Shown here: positions 1-8,905 of the stretch, piece after piece
Position numbering within the stretch: the stretch's first letter is position 1
Layout: the number at the start of each line of letters is the position of its first letter
Origin: Patescibacteria group bacterium
GTDB lineage: Bacteria > Patescibacteriota > Minisyncoccia > Phycocordibacterales > Phycocordibacteraceae
Reading direction: 5' to 3'
DNA: 34,309 nt
Assembly: GCA_038064495.1 (NCBI GenBank)
Contig: JBBTSZ010000002.1
Coordinates: 413,524-447,832, forward strand
Notes under the pieces: model-generated
The model's input: the letters and a program-made list of their open reading frames with translations, nothing else
What the model was told of the DNA's origin: nothing
The model's database searches: none
Position numbers and translations under genes: made by a program

Positions 1-1
1 G

Positions 2-112
2 AGTTCGCTCAAAATCACCGAGCTGGGGCGTGGCCTTGCGACTGGTTCAGAGCTTGAATACTCCGACCCGCAAACCCTTTCCTCCGCACTGCAGAATCGT
101 AAAGAGACCTGA
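2..112 (+). CDS. recR: Recombination protein RecR, C-terminal end (partial, starts before window)
   Basis: Frame 2 reads SSLKITELGRGLATGSELEYSDPQTLSSALQNRKET*, matching the RecR C-terminal pattern ITxLxxGLxxGxELEYxD. Confidence 0.85.
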   Translation, partial: SSLKITELGRGLATGSELEYSDPQTLSSALQNRKET

Positions 113-182
113 TTACAGAAATCTGATTTTGGTATCTCCGTAATTGGACGGTCGTCTGTATATGGGGACGTTGGAAAGGTGA

Positions 183-208
183 AAAGACCGCCCTTCGGGG
201 CGGTCTTT
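183..208. terminator. Bidirectional intrinsic terminator
   Basis: AAAGACCGCCC-TTCG-GGGCGGTCTTT hairpin between convergent genes. Confidence 0.75.
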
Positions 209-211
209 AGG

Positions 212-544
212 TTAGCGTGCATAGGGTTCGCGGAACCATCCAAAGCGTTTTGTGAGTTCGCCTGCTGTGTGAGGGTTGATGGTTCCCTCCAAGTACACAT
301 GGATTCGAATAACCCGTTTTGAATGACCGTACAGAATGTGCTCCACTCTTTTGACGATGTGACCATTTGTCAAAAAAGGCTCACTGAACTGAAGATATGT
401 GGCGAGCTGCGGAACTGAGCGAACACGAATGTCCTTGGACACGTCCCACACTTCGCCCTTGAACGCTGAGTGTTCGCTGGAAACACAGGTAAGAAATACG
501 CGAACTTTGTAACTCAGTATCCAATTGAATAACCATGCAAACAT
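212..544 (-). CDS. Hypothetical protein (110 aa)
   Basis: ATG at 544 with AGGGAG RBS upstream; ends at the terminator; no recognised family. Confidence 0.55.
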   Translation of the reverse strand: MFAWLFNWILSYKVRVFLTCVSSEHSAFKGEVWDVSKDIRVRSVPQLATYLQFSEPFLTNGHIVKRVEHILYGHSKRVIRIHVYLEGTINPHTAGELTKRFGWFREPYAR

Positions 545-602
545 GTCTTTTCTCCCTTGAATCTCGCTGTCTGGTACGACTCTACCTGAGACCAATCAAA
601 AC

Positions 603-630
603 GCAAAATCGCCCGAAAGGGCGGTTTTGC
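603..630 (-). terminator. Intrinsic terminator downstream of rplU
   Basis: GCAAAATCGCCC-GAAA-GGGCGGTTTTGC hairpin. Confidence 0.7.
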
Positions 631-753
631 GAGTGCGTTAAAAATACTTTAGATGCTAGGCGCGAGGAGTTTGGGTGAGGAGACGTACTCATAGTACGTT
701 GACGAGCACAAACGAACTCGCAACAACGCAGCTGGAGTATTTTTAATGTGCTC
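631..753. repeat. ~124-bp palindromic intergenic repeat, copy 1 (MITE-like)
   Basis: Terminal stem GAGTGCGTTAAAAATACT / AGTATTTTTAATGTGCTC; core AGATGCTAGGCGCGAG..GTAC-n5-GTACG..CAACAACGCAG shared with 15929-16053 and 21092-21215. Confidence 0.8.
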
Positions 754-1085
754 TAGGCAATCTTGTCGATCTTAATCTTCACAAAAGGCTGTCTATGCCC
801 ACGACGCTTCAAGTAACGACTCTTTGCCTTGTACTTCACTACTTCTACCTTCTTTGCGCGTCCAATGGAGTACACGGAGGCAGTTACCTTCGCGCCTGAA
901 ATCATAGGAGTGCCAACGGTCGTTACCTTACCGTTGTCGGTCAGAAGCACCTCCTCAAAGGTAACGGGGTCGCCTTTCTTGAGGTCAAGGGTGGCTGCGC
1001 CACGTCCAAGCTTCTCAATAGTAACGAGGTCGCCTGGGGCAACTACGTACTGCTTTCCGCCCGTCTTTATTACTGCGAAATTCAT
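753..1085 (-). CDS. rplU: 50S ribosomal protein L21
   Basis: FAVIKTGGKQYVV N-terminus and RGHRQPF motif. Confidence 0.97.
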   Translation of the reverse strand: MNFAVIKTGGKQYVVAPGDLVTIEKLGRGAATLDLKKGDPVTFEEVLLTDNGKVTTVGTPMISGAKVTASVYSIGRAKKVEVVKYKAKSRYLKRRGHRQPFVKIKIDKIA

Positions 1086-1125
1086 ATTCCCCACATACTA
1101 CGGGTTTAGGCCCTAAAAAGCAAGG

Positions 1126-2190
1126 CTAATCCAGCTCCAAGGTAGAGGGTTTTTCGAGTATGGTCGTCTCAATCCCAATTTTCGTCTCAGCGATACGGTA
1201 CACATCCTTATCTACCTTCCCAAGCTCCTTGTAACCACTGTTGTAGTGGGAAACTGCGGTACCAAGAGCCGTACCGAGCTTTTTATAGTATTCCTCGTAA
1301 CTCCCAATGTGCTTACCAAGCTCTCCTACCCTTTTTTGGATTTCTTCCGCACGTTGCTCAATTTGCATGGCTTTCAGTCCCTGCATCACGGTTTGCAGGT
1401 ACGCGAGGAACGACGTTGGCGAGACAATAATGACTTTGTACTTGCTTGCCGCTCGCTGGATGAGATTTTCTTCTTCACCCACTCCCACTTGGTTCGTAAG
1501 AAGGTCGTAATAGATACCCTCAGACGGTATGAACATGAACGCAAAGTCCATCGTTCCCTCTTCTGGACGAATATACTTTGCCGTTTCCGTGATGCGCATT
1601 TTGAGGTCACTCACGAAGGCTTTCTCCGCCGTGTCGCGCTCCACGCTCCCTATGGGTGCACTCACAAAACGGTTGTAGTTATCAAGAGAAAACTTTGAGT
1701 CTATCGGCACAATCTTCTCGTTCACATACACTGCGGCGTCTACGATTTCTCCATTTTTGAACGGGTGCTGCATCTTATACATGCCAGGTGGCAAAACGTT
1801 CTTCAATACCGTTTCAAGATAGTATTCACCGAGGATGCCGCGCTGTTTTGGGTTCTTCAGAAGATCCTGGAGTGATTGCAGTTGCTCTGCGTAGGTTTGT
1901 GTCTGTCGACCAATCTCTTTTACCGAGGTAATCTCCGTCGTTATCTCCTTGATGAGTCGTGATGACTCTCCAAGCTGGCTCTTCACCGTCTCGTGCATCT
2001 GTTTGGAAGACTCCGACATACGACTATCAAGGGAGCGTTCTAGGCTCTCCATCTGTTTCTGTAAAAGCATCATGCCTCCGGTATCTTCCGTCGGCTTATT
2101 CTCTTCACGCTTCTTGAGAAGGAGATAGAGTCCAATTCCTTGGACCAAGAGAAGCGCACCGATAAGTATCGCGATGGTGACTATGCTCAT
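1126..2190 (-). CDS. rmuC: DNA recombination protein RmuC
   Basis: N-terminal TM helix, coiled coil, KQRGILGE, PIDSKF, DFAFMFIPSEGIY and SPTSF motifs; start trimmed to ATG 2190. Confidence 0.93.
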   Translation of the reverse strand: MSIVTIAILIGALLLVQGIGLYLLLKKREENKPTEDTGGMMLLQKQMESLERSLDSRMSESSKQMHETVKSQLGESSRLIKEITTEITSVKEIGRQTQTYAEQLQSLQDLLKNPKQRGILGEYYLETVLKNVLPPGMYKMQHPFKNGEIVDAAVYVNEKIVPIDSKFSLDNYNRFVSAPIGSVERDTAEKAFVSDLKMRITETAKYIRPEEGTMDFAFMFIPSEGIYYDLLTNQVGVGEEENLIQRAASKYKVIIVSPTSFLAYLQTVMQGLKAMQIEQRAEEIQKRVGELGKHIGSYEEYYKKLGTALGTAVSHYNSGYKELGKVDKDVYRIAETKIGIETTILEKPSTLELD

Positions 2191-2245
2191 ATCGCCAGTA
2201 TACCGCACCTGTTTTGAGGCAGGTCCTTCATGCTACACTCGGACC

Positions 2246-2701
2246 ATGACAATCCACGAGACAATCAAAGTCGGCATCGCAGAAGCCCTCAAAGCTCGCG
2301 ACGAGGTGAAACTCCGCACCTATCGCTCCCTCGTTACCGCAATGACCAACGAAGTCGTCGCGAAGAAGCGAAAGCCAGACGAATTTCTTACGGATGAGGA
2401 GGCACAGGCCGTACTTAAGCGCTCTGCAAATCAACGCAAAGATTCCATTGAGCAATTCACCAAGGGTGGACGCGCTGAACTTGCAGAGCCGGAGCAAGCG
2501 GAGCTTTCCGTAATTGAAGCACTTCTCCCTGCTCAAATGACGCATGACGAGATTGAAGCTATCGTACAAGCAAAGCTCGCTGAGCATGGTGTCACTGACA
2601 AGTCAGGAGCTGGTAAATTTATGGGTCTTATCATGAAAGAATTCGCCGGACGAGCTGATGGGAATGAAGTGAAATCAGTGATTGATTCCCTACTCTCCTA
2701 A
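2246..2701 (+). CDS. yqeY: GatB/YqeY domain protein
   Basis: ALKARD..QRKDSIEQFTKGGRAELA..LP..GRADG; ATG 2246 lies 6 nt after TACACT. Confidence 0.93.
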   Translation: MTIHETIKVGIAEALKARDEVKLRTYRSLVTAMTNEVVAKKRKPDEFLTDEEAQAVLKRSANQRKDSIEQFTKGGRAELAEPEQAELSVIEALLPAQMTHDEIEAIVQAKLAEHGVTDKSGAGKFMGLIMKEFAGRADGNEVKSVIDSLLS

Positions 2702-2719
2702 GCTATACACACCCCATAG

Positions 2720-2753
2720 TTGACATCTTATTGAAATAGTACTATACTATTTC
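2720..2753 (+). promoter_or_regulatory. Putative sigma70 promoter with overlapping palindromic operator
   Basis: TTGACA at 2720; perfect inverted repeat GAAATAGTA-tac-TACTATTTC at 2733-2753 covers the -10 region. Confidence 0.5.
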
Positions 2754-2781
2754 TTAGATTTCGAACCTTGGAGGGCATCAT

Positions 2782-2979
2782 ATGGCTGACATTCAAGCTC
2801 TTGCTGATAGCGCACTGCGCTTGAAGCAAACTCATCCCGGATGGGGACTTCCCGTCGCTGCAAAAAACGCAGTGCGCGGTATTGGCATTACCTTCACTCC
2901 TGACGTCAATCGTCTTTCTGGTGAAGTCGTCGCTGAATTGCGGAAACGTTCCGCGCTTAAGCGTAGAAACCGTATGTAA
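2782..2979 (+). CDS. Small basic hypothetical protein (65 aa)
   Basis: GGAGGG RBS; first gene of a two-gene unit with promoter and terminator. Confidence 0.6.
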   Translation: MADIQALADSALRLKQTHPGWGLPVAAKNAVRGIGITFTPDVNRLSGEVVAELRKRSALKRRNRM

Positions 2980-2994
2980 CAACAGGGGGATGCA

Positions 2995-3387
2995 ATGAAT
3001 CAAAAGATTTGGAAATCTTCGAACTTGAATCAAGTCGCGGTGAGGGATGACCATATTGTGATCTATCTCGAGCACAAGGGTCATCAACTCTATTGCTTTC
3101 TGACCGTTGTTATCCGACCGGCTGGATATGCACCGAAGCGTACAGCGCTGAGTATCATCCAAGAAGTCGAAGCAATTTGCGACGACTCACTTGGTTTGGT
3201 GACACCTTTGGCAGAAGATAACAATATCTTCAGAGGTACTGCGTGGCGCGAACGTGGAAACGGTATCTTGTGGTTTTCACGACCTCTTCCTGTATGGTCA
3301 GAAAGCTATCTTGACGCAATACGCTGTCACATCGAGGATAGTGAATACGCTTGGCGAGTTCGCGAATGCGTATCGGCTACTCGGTAG
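2995..3387 (+). CDS. Hypothetical protein (130 aa)
   Basis: AGGGGG RBS, follows 2782-2979, terminator directly after. Confidence 0.6.
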   Translation: MNQKIWKSSNLNQVAVRDDHIVIYLEHKGHQLYCFLTVVIRPAGYAPKRTALSIIQEVEAICDDSLGLVTPLAEDNNIFRGTAWRERGNGILWFSRPLPVWSESYLDAIRCHIEDSEYAWRVRECVSATR

Positions 3388-3403
3388 GGATCTGCGAGAA
3401 CGT

Positions 3404-3439
3404 AAAGGGGGTTCCGTCGTTATGACGGAACCCCTTTTT
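3404..3439 (+). terminator. Intrinsic terminator
   Basis: GGGGTTCCGTCG-TTA-TGACGGAACCCC followed by TTTTT. Confidence 0.8.
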
Positions 3440-3500
3440 GACTACTGCACGCAGAAGTGGTTTTATGAGAGTCGATTGGTCTTATTCATAGGAGGAGCAT

Positions 3501-3884
3501 ATGCGTGCATATCGGCCTCGCCGAGATTTAATGCATCGGGCAATGGACCTTGTGCGAAACGACCCTGAACGCGGTGAGAAAGCAGTACCACACGGCGAAG
3601 ATGGCATTACGCCGGACGCTGCAATGATAGTGCTTGCCAATGTAAACAAAGGTCGCGACAAACTCGACAAGCAGAAGAAGTCGTACGACCTGCGTGAACT
3701 CGTAAAGTGGTATTGCGATCGTCTCCCGTTTGCTGAAGTTGAAAAGCGCTATGGCTACGAGCTCGTGCTTATGCGCTATTACACGCTACTCTCGCAATTT
3801 AAAGCGGAGCGGCTTCGGAAGCGGCGGGAGCACCTCAAGGAACGTGAGCAGACGTTATCAAAAAACCTACTGCCCCTCGCGTAA
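3501..3884 (+). CDS. Hypothetical protein (127 aa)
   Basis: AGGAGG RBS before ATG; charged, helical composition. Confidence 0.65.
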   Translation: MRAYRPRRDLMHRAMDLVRNDPERGEKAVPHGEDGITPDAAMIVLANVNKGRDKLDKQKKSYDLRELVKWYCDRLPFAEVEKRYGYELVLMRYYTLLSQFKAERLRKRREHLKEREQTLSKNLLPLA

Positions 3885-3923
3885 GCGATGGGGCAGATTT
3901 GTTTTATGGGGTATGCTCTTCCC

Positions 3924-4691
3924 ATGCTAAGAACCGTATTGCTAGAGAAACGGCTTGGTGAAACTCCGCTTGAGGCACTCACCGCGTGGAAAACTGCTAA
4001 TCCTGAATATCAAGACATTCCGGCCAGCTATGCTGGCCGGCTTGACCCCATGGCGTCTGGCGCACTTCTCATTTTACTTGGGGACGAATGCAGGAAACAG
4101 AAAGAGTACACGGGTCTTGATAAAGAATACGAAATTGAAGTACTGCTTGATGTGGGAAGTGATACCGGAGATATCCTCGGACTGACAGTGGAGGCTGGTG
4201 TAATAACCACACCAACTGACGAGCAAATAACAGGAGTGCTCAAGCGCGAAGTTGGAACAAGCATCGTTCCCTACCCTGTCTACTCGTCAAAGACGGTCGC
4301 CGGTAAGCCACTTTTTTTGTACGCCCTTGAAGGTACACTCAATACCATTACTATTCCCACACATGAGGAAACTATCTATAGCATCAAACTCCGCTCGACA
4401 GCGGAAGTCTCAAGCGAACACCTGCGGAAACAAGTAGAAGGACTACTTAAAAAAGTACCTACGTCTGAGGAACCCTCAAAAAAGCTTGGTGCAAACTTTC
4501 GTATTGATGCAGTGAAAGAAAGCTGGAACGAGGTTTTTTCAGCACCATCACGTGCCTACGTAGTGCTAGCTCTCACCGTATCATGTGGTTCTGGAACCTA
4601 CATGCGCTCACTCGCTAGCCGTATTGGTGAACAACTTGATACGCGCGCACTCGCGCTTTCCATACACCGCACGAGGGTAGGTCTTACCTAA
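3924..4691 (+). CDS. truB: tRNA pseudouridine synthase, TruB family
   Basis: AGRLDPMASG catalytic Asp motif, YSSK, CGSGTYMRSLA; no PUA domain. Confidence 0.9.
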   Translation: MLRTVLLEKRLGETPLEALTAWKTANPEYQDIPASYAGRLDPMASGALLILLGDECRKQKEYTGLDKEYEIEVLLDVGSDTGDILGLTVEAGVITTPTDEQITGVLKREVGTSIVPYPVYSSKTVAGKPLFLYALEGTLNTITIPTHEETIYSIKLRSTAEVSSEHLRKQVEGLLKKVPTSEEPSKKLGANFRIDAVKESWNEVFSAPSRAYVVLALTVSCGSGTYMRSLASRIGEQLDTRALALSIHRTRVGLT

Positions 4692-5796
4692 TGCTGTGAT
4701 AGCCCCCGCGCACGCCGCTCGGCGAGAGCACCACCTGCCACAACTGATTTAAGCGGGAACGAAACGAACCCGCACAGGACAAAAGATAGTAGTCCCACAT
4801 ACGTTTGAAGCGGGGGCTGTAGTGCTGTTCTAGCTCCGGCCACGCTCGTGTGAAATTTGCATGCCACGCCATCAGCGTTTTGTCGTAGTCGGTACCAAAA
4901 CTGTGCCAATCTTCCATGACAAAGAGATTTTCAATGGATGCACCTACCTGAGTTACCGACGGCAACATGCCATTTGGAAAGATATAGCGGTCTATCCACG
5001 CGTCCGTAATCTTTGTAGAAAAATTTCCACCAATCGTGTGGAGAAGAAACAGCCCATCTGGTTTCAGACACCGGCGTACCACCTCCATATACGTACGATA
5101 ATTCTTGTAGCCCACATGCTCAAACATACCGAGCGAGACAATGTGATCAAACTCATCGGTTAACGAGCGATAATCTTCTACTTTAATCTCAACCGGAAGT
5201 CCCTTGCAGAGTTCGCGAGCGAGTATGGCCTGTTCTTTTGAAATGGTGATACCAACGACGGAAACGCCGTAGCGCTCCGCGGCAAACTTGGCGAAGCTTC
5301 CCCACCCACAACCAATGTCAAGTACTTTTTGTCCTTTTTGGAGGTTGAGCTTTCGGCACACAAGTTCAAGCTTGGCTTCCTGTGCTTCGTCAAGGGTTGC
5401 TGCATTCTTCCAGTACCCACAGGTGTAGACCATGCGTTTGTCGAGCATCCGCTCGTACAAGTCGTTCCCGATGTCGTAGTGACGCTCGCCCACAATCTGT
5501 GCCCGTGCTTTTGACTGATGATTATAAAATGAATGCAAGAGACTCATGGAAACCTCCTGCCACTTCGGAAGCACTTTCTGATACACGCCGCTTACCAGAA
5601 CTTTGTCAAAGAATTGGTCTATAGCGGGCACATCCCACCAACCGTCCATGTAGCCTTCGCCCAGTCCGAGCGTGCCGCCACGCGCCACGCGAGTGTAGAG
5701 ACGCTTATCGTGGATTTGTATGTCCCATGGATTGCTACCATTCACAGCTATCCCCGCACTATTGAGTAAAGAAGTAACGCGGTGTGTTAAATCCAT
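4684..5796 (-). CDS. cfa: Cyclopropane-fatty-acyl-phospholipid synthase
   Basis: HYDIGNDLY, YTCGYW, VLDIGCGWG (SAM binding), SLGMFEHVG, YIFPNG, RMWDYYL. Confidence 0.95.
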   Translation of the reverse strand: MDLTHRVTSLLNSAGIAVNGSNPWDIQIHDKRLYTRVARGGTLGLGEGYMDGWWDVPAIDQFFDKVLVSGVYQKVLPKWQEVSMSLLHSFYNHQSKARAQIVGERHYDIGNDLYERMLDKRMVYTCGYWKNAATLDEAQEAKLELVCRKLNLQKGQKVLDIGCGWGSFAKFAAERYGVSVVGITISKEQAILARELCKGLPVEIKVEDYRSLTDEFDHIVSLGMFEHVGYKNYRTYMEVVRRCLKPDGLFLLHTIGGNFSTKITDAWIDRYIFPNGMLPSVTQVGASIENLFVMEDWHSFGTDYDKTLMAWHANFTRAWPELEQHYSPRFKRMWDYYLLSCAGSFRSRLNQLWQVVLSPSGVRGGYHSIR

Positions 5797-5894
5797 GCTT
5801 ATTATTTTGCCACATACCCTCTGTAAATACAGAGGGTATTGACAGTTGCATTAATCTACTTTACCGTAGTGTTAGACACAAGCAGGAGAAGGAA

Positions 5895-6008
5895 ATGCTA
5901 AAGAAGCTCTTCGCGTGGTTGGATCGCATGCAGATCCAAAAGGACGCCAGGTCCATTCTGGCACTTCGGCATGAACAGAAACCTGTTGGCGTTCAGCCCC
6001 ACGCATAA
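5895..6008 (+). CDS. Small protein (37 aa), amphipathic N-terminus
   Basis: TTGACA at 5839, AGGAGAAGG RBS, ATG 5895 (MLKKLFAWLDRMQ...), own terminator. Confidence 0.55.
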   Translation: MLKKLFAWLDRMQIQKDARSILALRHEQKPVGVQPHA

Positions 6009-6028
6009 CCCGCCGATTCCGGCACCCC

Positions 6029-6058
6029 CAAAGCCGGCGCACTTGCGCCGGCTTTTTT
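6029..6058 (+). terminator. Intrinsic terminator
   Basis: AAAGCCGGCGC-ACTT-GCGCCGGCTTTTTT. Confidence 0.8.
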
Positions 6059-6089
6059 ATATGGCTACACAAGATACCGCGCGAAATAC

Positions 6090-6118
6090 TTGACAAATAC
6101 ACTATTTAGGTGTATTAT
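6090..6118 (+). promoter_or_regulatory. Sigma70 promoter carrying shared ATACACTATTT motif
   Basis: TTGACA-N17-TATTAT; spacer motif recurs at 15896-15913 and 24062-24079. Confidence 0.7.
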
Positions 6119-6181
6119 TGTTAGTTGAGCAGGTCTAAGAATCTGCCGGGAGTAAAGCTTCAATTCAATTGGAGACTTGAA

Positions 6182-7249
6182 ATGAGTATTTCATTCGTAA
6201 AGATCTTGACTGCCCTGGGGCTTATGGCTCCACAGCAGTCAGCGTTCATTGAAAAACCACATAGTACCGTTACGATTACGCTTCCTGCCGCGATTCCAAT
6301 GGTTTCGCCGATAACGGATCTCCGTCCTTTGGACGGAATGAAGCTTGGCAAACTGTCGGCACTCTATATGGGTGTTCGCGGAGAAGCTCCGGACTATGCG
6401 CAGATTGACTACACGGAAAATCTGCTCCATGCCTGGAAGCTCAAACTTGCGATTGATGGAGTTTCGCCTGCGACCCAAAAGTCGTATACGAAAATTATTG
6501 CTCGCTACGAGACCGGCAACAAAGGCCGTACTACCCTACCTGCATTTGTGGGTACGGTAGACCAGGAAATTACTCGGGTGAAGTACACGATTAACTTCGG
6601 TAAATTGTGTGCGAAGAAAGAGATCTCACAGGATGGGTGTGAACTCCTCCGTGACATTTCCTTTGCAATCACCGGTGAAGACCTCGTTGCCTATGGTATG
6701 ACCGAGCTGTTGCCGTTTCAGGATGGCAAAAGCAACGTCAAATTGCTCAAGGTGCTCCTCCCGTCCGCGGGTTCGGCGTATCTGAACAGTCTGCCAGCTC
6801 TTGGCGATACCAGAATGTCTTGTGGCTTCTACCAGTTCACCTCGTATGCCGTCCGGCATGACGGTGAGCGCGTAGAAGGAGCCAATGTGGTGAGTCAGTT
6901 TGTCCCAAGCAAATATCAGATCCCCGGATCTGTTGTAAGCCTTATCGGCAATGACCATCATCGTGCTGCGTACTACTTTGCAATTTATAACATTGCACGG
7001 TGGATACAGGTATCAAGCGCGAGTGAGCGCACTGAGCTCCGTCGTCTTTTTCCCACTCACATGGGCGAGGTCACGCAGTTCATGGCGATTGCTCATCATC
7101 TCCCCACACCAGCTATTGCGAAAGCACGAAACTGGGTTGAGGGACATGGCAAAAAGTCGCTCGCATCCTATCTTGGTCCGGAGCTTCGGCTCTATGCCAA
7201 GAAAACGAAGGAAAACAAGAAGGCGCTGCATAAAGCGCTCCGTGGGTAA
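6182..7249 (+). CDS. Secreted hypothetical protein, possible divergent lysozyme-like/lytic transglycosylase fold
   Basis: GGAG RBS; signal-peptide-like N-terminus; GMTE...GFYQF...AHH pattern loosely resembles SLT motifs (function is inference). Confidence 0.55.
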   Translation: MSISFVKILTALGLMAPQQSAFIEKPHSTVTITLPAAIPMVSPITDLRPLDGMKLGKLSALYMGVRGEAPDYAQIDYTENLLHAWKLKLAIDGVSPATQKSYTKIIARYETGNKGRTTLPAFVGTVDQEITRVKYTINFGKLCAKKEISQDGCELLRDISFAITGEDLVAYGMTELLPFQDGKSNVKLLKVLLPSAGSAYLNSLPALGDTRMSCGFYQFTSYAVRHDGERVEGANVVSQFVPSKYQIPGSVVSLIGNDHHRAAYYFAIYNIARWIQVSSASERTELRRLFPTHMGEVTQFMAIAHHLPTPAIAKARNWVEGHGKKSLASYLGPELRLYAKKTKENKKALHKALRG

Positions 7250-7288
7250 TGCCACTCGGGAGGGAGGCACCCTACAAGGAGACTTCCC

Positions 7289-7891
7289 ATGAAGAAATCG
7301 TATCTCATTATCCTGCTTGCACTTAGTAGTGCGTTCACTGTCTGGTGGCTTCATGCCCCCCGACAGACTCAAACAACGCAAACACTGGTACAAGTATCAC
7401 CCGCTGTCATCAGTGCCGTTCTGAAAGAGATTCGTCTTGAAACCGTACATGTCAATCTGACGGAAACGGTAGAGAGCACTCGGACACGACAATTCTGGTT
7501 TGGCGGCGTAGATATGGAATCCGCAACGTTTATCGCAACGGGTGTGGCACACGCAGGATTTCCAGAGGGAGCAATCCATCTGGAACAGCTCTCTGCTAAC
7601 CGTGTCTCACTCCGTCTCGATGCACCGGCTATCCTATCACTTGAAGATAAACTTCATGTGGTGGCGTACGACAGCATCTGGAGCGATATGCACTTTCAGG
7701 AGCAAGCGAGGGCGCAAGCTCGCGCACAGCTTTTGGTAGCTGCGTGTAAAAGCGATATCCTTGCTCTGGCAAACGAAAGTGCGAAAGAGCGGATAACGGC
7801 AATGGTACTACGTGTAGCACCTTCGGCAGTGGTAGATATACATACCGCACCGAATACGGAGGAAAAAAATTGTTCTTCTCACGTGATGTGA
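7289..7891 (+). CDS. DUF4230-domain membrane-anchored protein
   Basis: N-terminal TM; FIATGVAHAGF, LRLDAPAILS and ILALANESAKERI fit DUF4230; AGGAG RBS. Confidence 0.75.
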   Translation: MKKSYLIILLALSSAFTVWWLHAPRQTQTTQTLVQVSPAVISAVLKEIRLETVHVNLTETVESTRTRQFWFGGVDMESATFIATGVAHAGFPEGAIHLEQLSANRVSLRLDAPAILSLEDKLHVVAYDSIWSDMHFQEQARAQARAQLLVAACKSDILALANESAKERITAMVLRVAPSAVVDIHTAPNTEEKNCSSHVM

Positions 7892-7894
7892 GGC

Positions 7895-7933
7895 AAAAAG
7901 GGGGCCGGTCAATGCGACCGGCCCTTTACTTTT
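7895..7933 (+). terminator. Intrinsic terminator
   Basis: GGGCCGGTC-AATGC-GACCGGCCC followed by TTTACTTTT. Confidence 0.7.
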
Positions 7934-8091
7934 GGCCCCTATTTCACTTTTTATATATCTGTGGTATGGTCACCTTCTTGTTCTTTGCGAGCTAAAACGG
8001 TTTATCGTAGCCAAAAGGCCTTAGGAAATGAGGGTTTCTGGCTACGATAAACCGGCACTTTGCTGGAGCGTATGCCATAAGGGAAGAAGAC

Positions 8092-8778
8092 ATGAAGATT
8101 TCTCATAAAATCTTGCTTGTTGCGGCAGCACTTTCGTCTGTCGCATTTGCAGCACCGGCAGCGGCAGCGGATGTCGTGACCTACAATTCCGCTCCAGCAG
8201 CCGGCTGGAACTACGGCTCCGGCAACAACTATGCGCCGTCCAACACTGCTGTGCTGACAACTACAGACGGCAGCGAAATCGCTTTGCGCATGCACCAAAC
8301 GTTCCAGGTCGCGCCGGCCTCGGTCGGCAATCTGTACAGCTTTGCGCTCGGAACAACTCCGATCAGCTTTGATTGGGGCATTTCGTCCCCGGTCATGAAC
8401 GATGTATCGACCCTGACTGCACTGTTGACACTCACCAACATCGGCACCGGCTCGAGCTTCAGCTACAACCCATTCGCGGTCGGCAACGACAACGCAACCG
8501 GGGTTGGGTCCGGTGGCTCGTTCGCACAGAACAGCTTCCGGCTGAACTGGGCTCCAATCGGCTTTAATGCGCTTGTCGACAGCACCTACCAGGTCAACTT
8601 GACGGTGGGTGGGCTCGCTGGTGGCACCAGGTCGTTTGATGCTTTTGCACAGCTCGGCGCTGGCGCGACTGCGGCAGTTCCGGAACCTGCCACCTGGGCG
8701 CTCATGCTCTTCGGCTTCGGCTTTGCCGGCATCGCACTCCGCAGGAACGGTCGTCAGCACATTGCTCAGTTCGCGTAA
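8092..8778 (+). CDS. PEP-CTERM (PEPxxWA-type) surface protein
   Basis: Signal peptide; Ser/Thr/Gly/Asn-rich body; C-terminal VPEPATWALMLFGFGFAGIALRR sorting signal. Confidence 0.93.
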   Translation: MKISHKILLVAAALSSVAFAAPAAAADVVTYNSAPAAGWNYGSGNNYAPSNTAVLTTTDGSEIALRMHQTFQVAPASVGNLYSFALGTTPISFDWGISSPVMNDVSTLTALLTLTNIGTGSSFSYNPFAVGNDNATGVGSGGSFAQNSFRLNWAPIGFNALVDSTYQVNLTVGGLAGGTRSFDAFAQLGAGATAAVPEPATWALMLFGFGFAGIALRRNGRQHIAQFA

Positions 8779-8806
8779 TAACGAAATACACTACGCCTAA
8801 CGGCAG

Positions 8807-8834
8807 CGCCGGGACTTTTAGTCCCGGCGTTTTT
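8807..8834 (+). terminator. Intrinsic terminator
   Basis: CGCCGGGACT-TTT-AGTCCCGGCG followed by TTTTT. Confidence 0.8.
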
Positions 8835-8905
8835 CTTATACTGGATGTGCAGCACTCAAACGAAAAGAATTATGCATTTCTGAGTCTAGTACTATAATCT
8901 GATAT

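Noticed and set aside
8002-8760. 252-aa minus-strand ORF
   Set aside because: Antisense shadow of the PEP-CTERM gene.
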